Part shown: one piece after another, positions 19,477-20,000 of the stretch
Layout of the letters: every line of letters begins with the position of its first letter
How positions within the stretch are numbered: the first letter of the stretch is position 1
Source of the DNA: Catajapyx aquilonaris
Lineage: Eukaryota
NCBI GenBank assembly: GCA_000934665.2
Contig: KZ538399.1
Location: 54,969 to 74,968, forward strand
DNA: 20,000 bases
Reading direction: 5' to 3'
The notes under the pieces: generated by a model
The model's database searches: none
What the model saw: the letters and a program-made list of their open reading frames with translations, nothing else
Told to the model about the DNA's origin: nothing
Program-made: the position numbers and the translations under genes

Positions 19477-19849
19477 GTAAGCCCATTAATTTTTATGAGT
19501 GTGGGGCCAAACTGTTGGGGCCTGAACTTGATTGTGGGTAATTCCTTGCTTATTAGTTGCTTTTTAATGCAGTACCATACTTGTTGTGATTAAAAAGTGC
19601 CAGAGTTTGTGTGTTGGGATTTAAAGTTTTGATGGCATTGACTATTGTCGTGGAAGTGATTGATAAATGTTTAAAAATTTCTATTTGAATTAACTATTTC
19701 AATTTACCCATAAATAAATGGCACTTGCCCGAAAATGGGATTCCATTAATTTTTGTGAGGACAAGAACACACATATATAATCCAAGCAAAGAACTAAGGA
19801 GTTTATTTCTCAGCCAAGGCTTCGTGGTCCACTGTAGAACAGGTGTAAT

Positions 19850-20000
19850 CACCTACCCCTTGCTCAACCTTTAGCCCAGCCCCCGGACACTTATACTACG
19901 TTCTGGCGTTATCACCTGCCGAGGCATTTTGCAGCGGGTGCTCACCTGAGACCGCCATGAGACATTTCGGAGGCCAGGATAAGTGGCGACCCTACCGGGC
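19850..20000 (-). mobile_element. Probable 5' UTR fragment of an RTE-clade non-LTR retroelement with part of an HDV-like ribozyme, truncated by the window edge
   Basis: Minus strand GCCCGGTAGGGTCGCC...GGTCTCAGGTGAG...CTGGGCTAAAGGTTGAGCA; nested stems; resembles RTE 5' UTR motifs as recalled, not searched. Confidence 0.45.

Noticed and set aside
1..20000. CRISPR arrays, operons or other prokaryotic or viral systems
   Set aside because: No regularly spaced repeat-spacer array; spliceosomal introns and SINEs show the window is eukaryotic nuclear DNA.

Overview
Eukaryotic, intron-rich, repeat-rich DNA, most likely from an arthropod; the SINE types resemble those of hemimetabolous insects (inference). 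The main feature is the 5' portion of a + strand formin of the FMN/Cappuccino subfamily. Nine coding exons run from 6303 to 19476 with canonical GT-AG sites and fully consistent phases, giving about 839 aa. The protein has an N-terminal MGNQ motif, a DEP-like region, a coiled coil, a polyproline FH1 and the start of FH2; the rest lies beyond the window. Upstream DNA and introns hold many transposon derivatives: hAT-type MITEs with 8-bp TSDs (one nested in another), TA-targeting MITEs, a piggyBac-type MITE, Harbinger-like foldbacks, a decayed long-TIR Tc1 element, a foldback Tc1/mariner derivative interrupted by a SINE, and three tRNA-derived SINEs. The most intriguing leads are the probable 3' half of an HDV-like ribozyme from an RTE-type retroelement at the right edge, the foldback element built from two copies of a transposase 3' end, and an in-frame upstream start that could switch off formin myristoylation. 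No prokaryotic features and no clearly new biological system could be supported.
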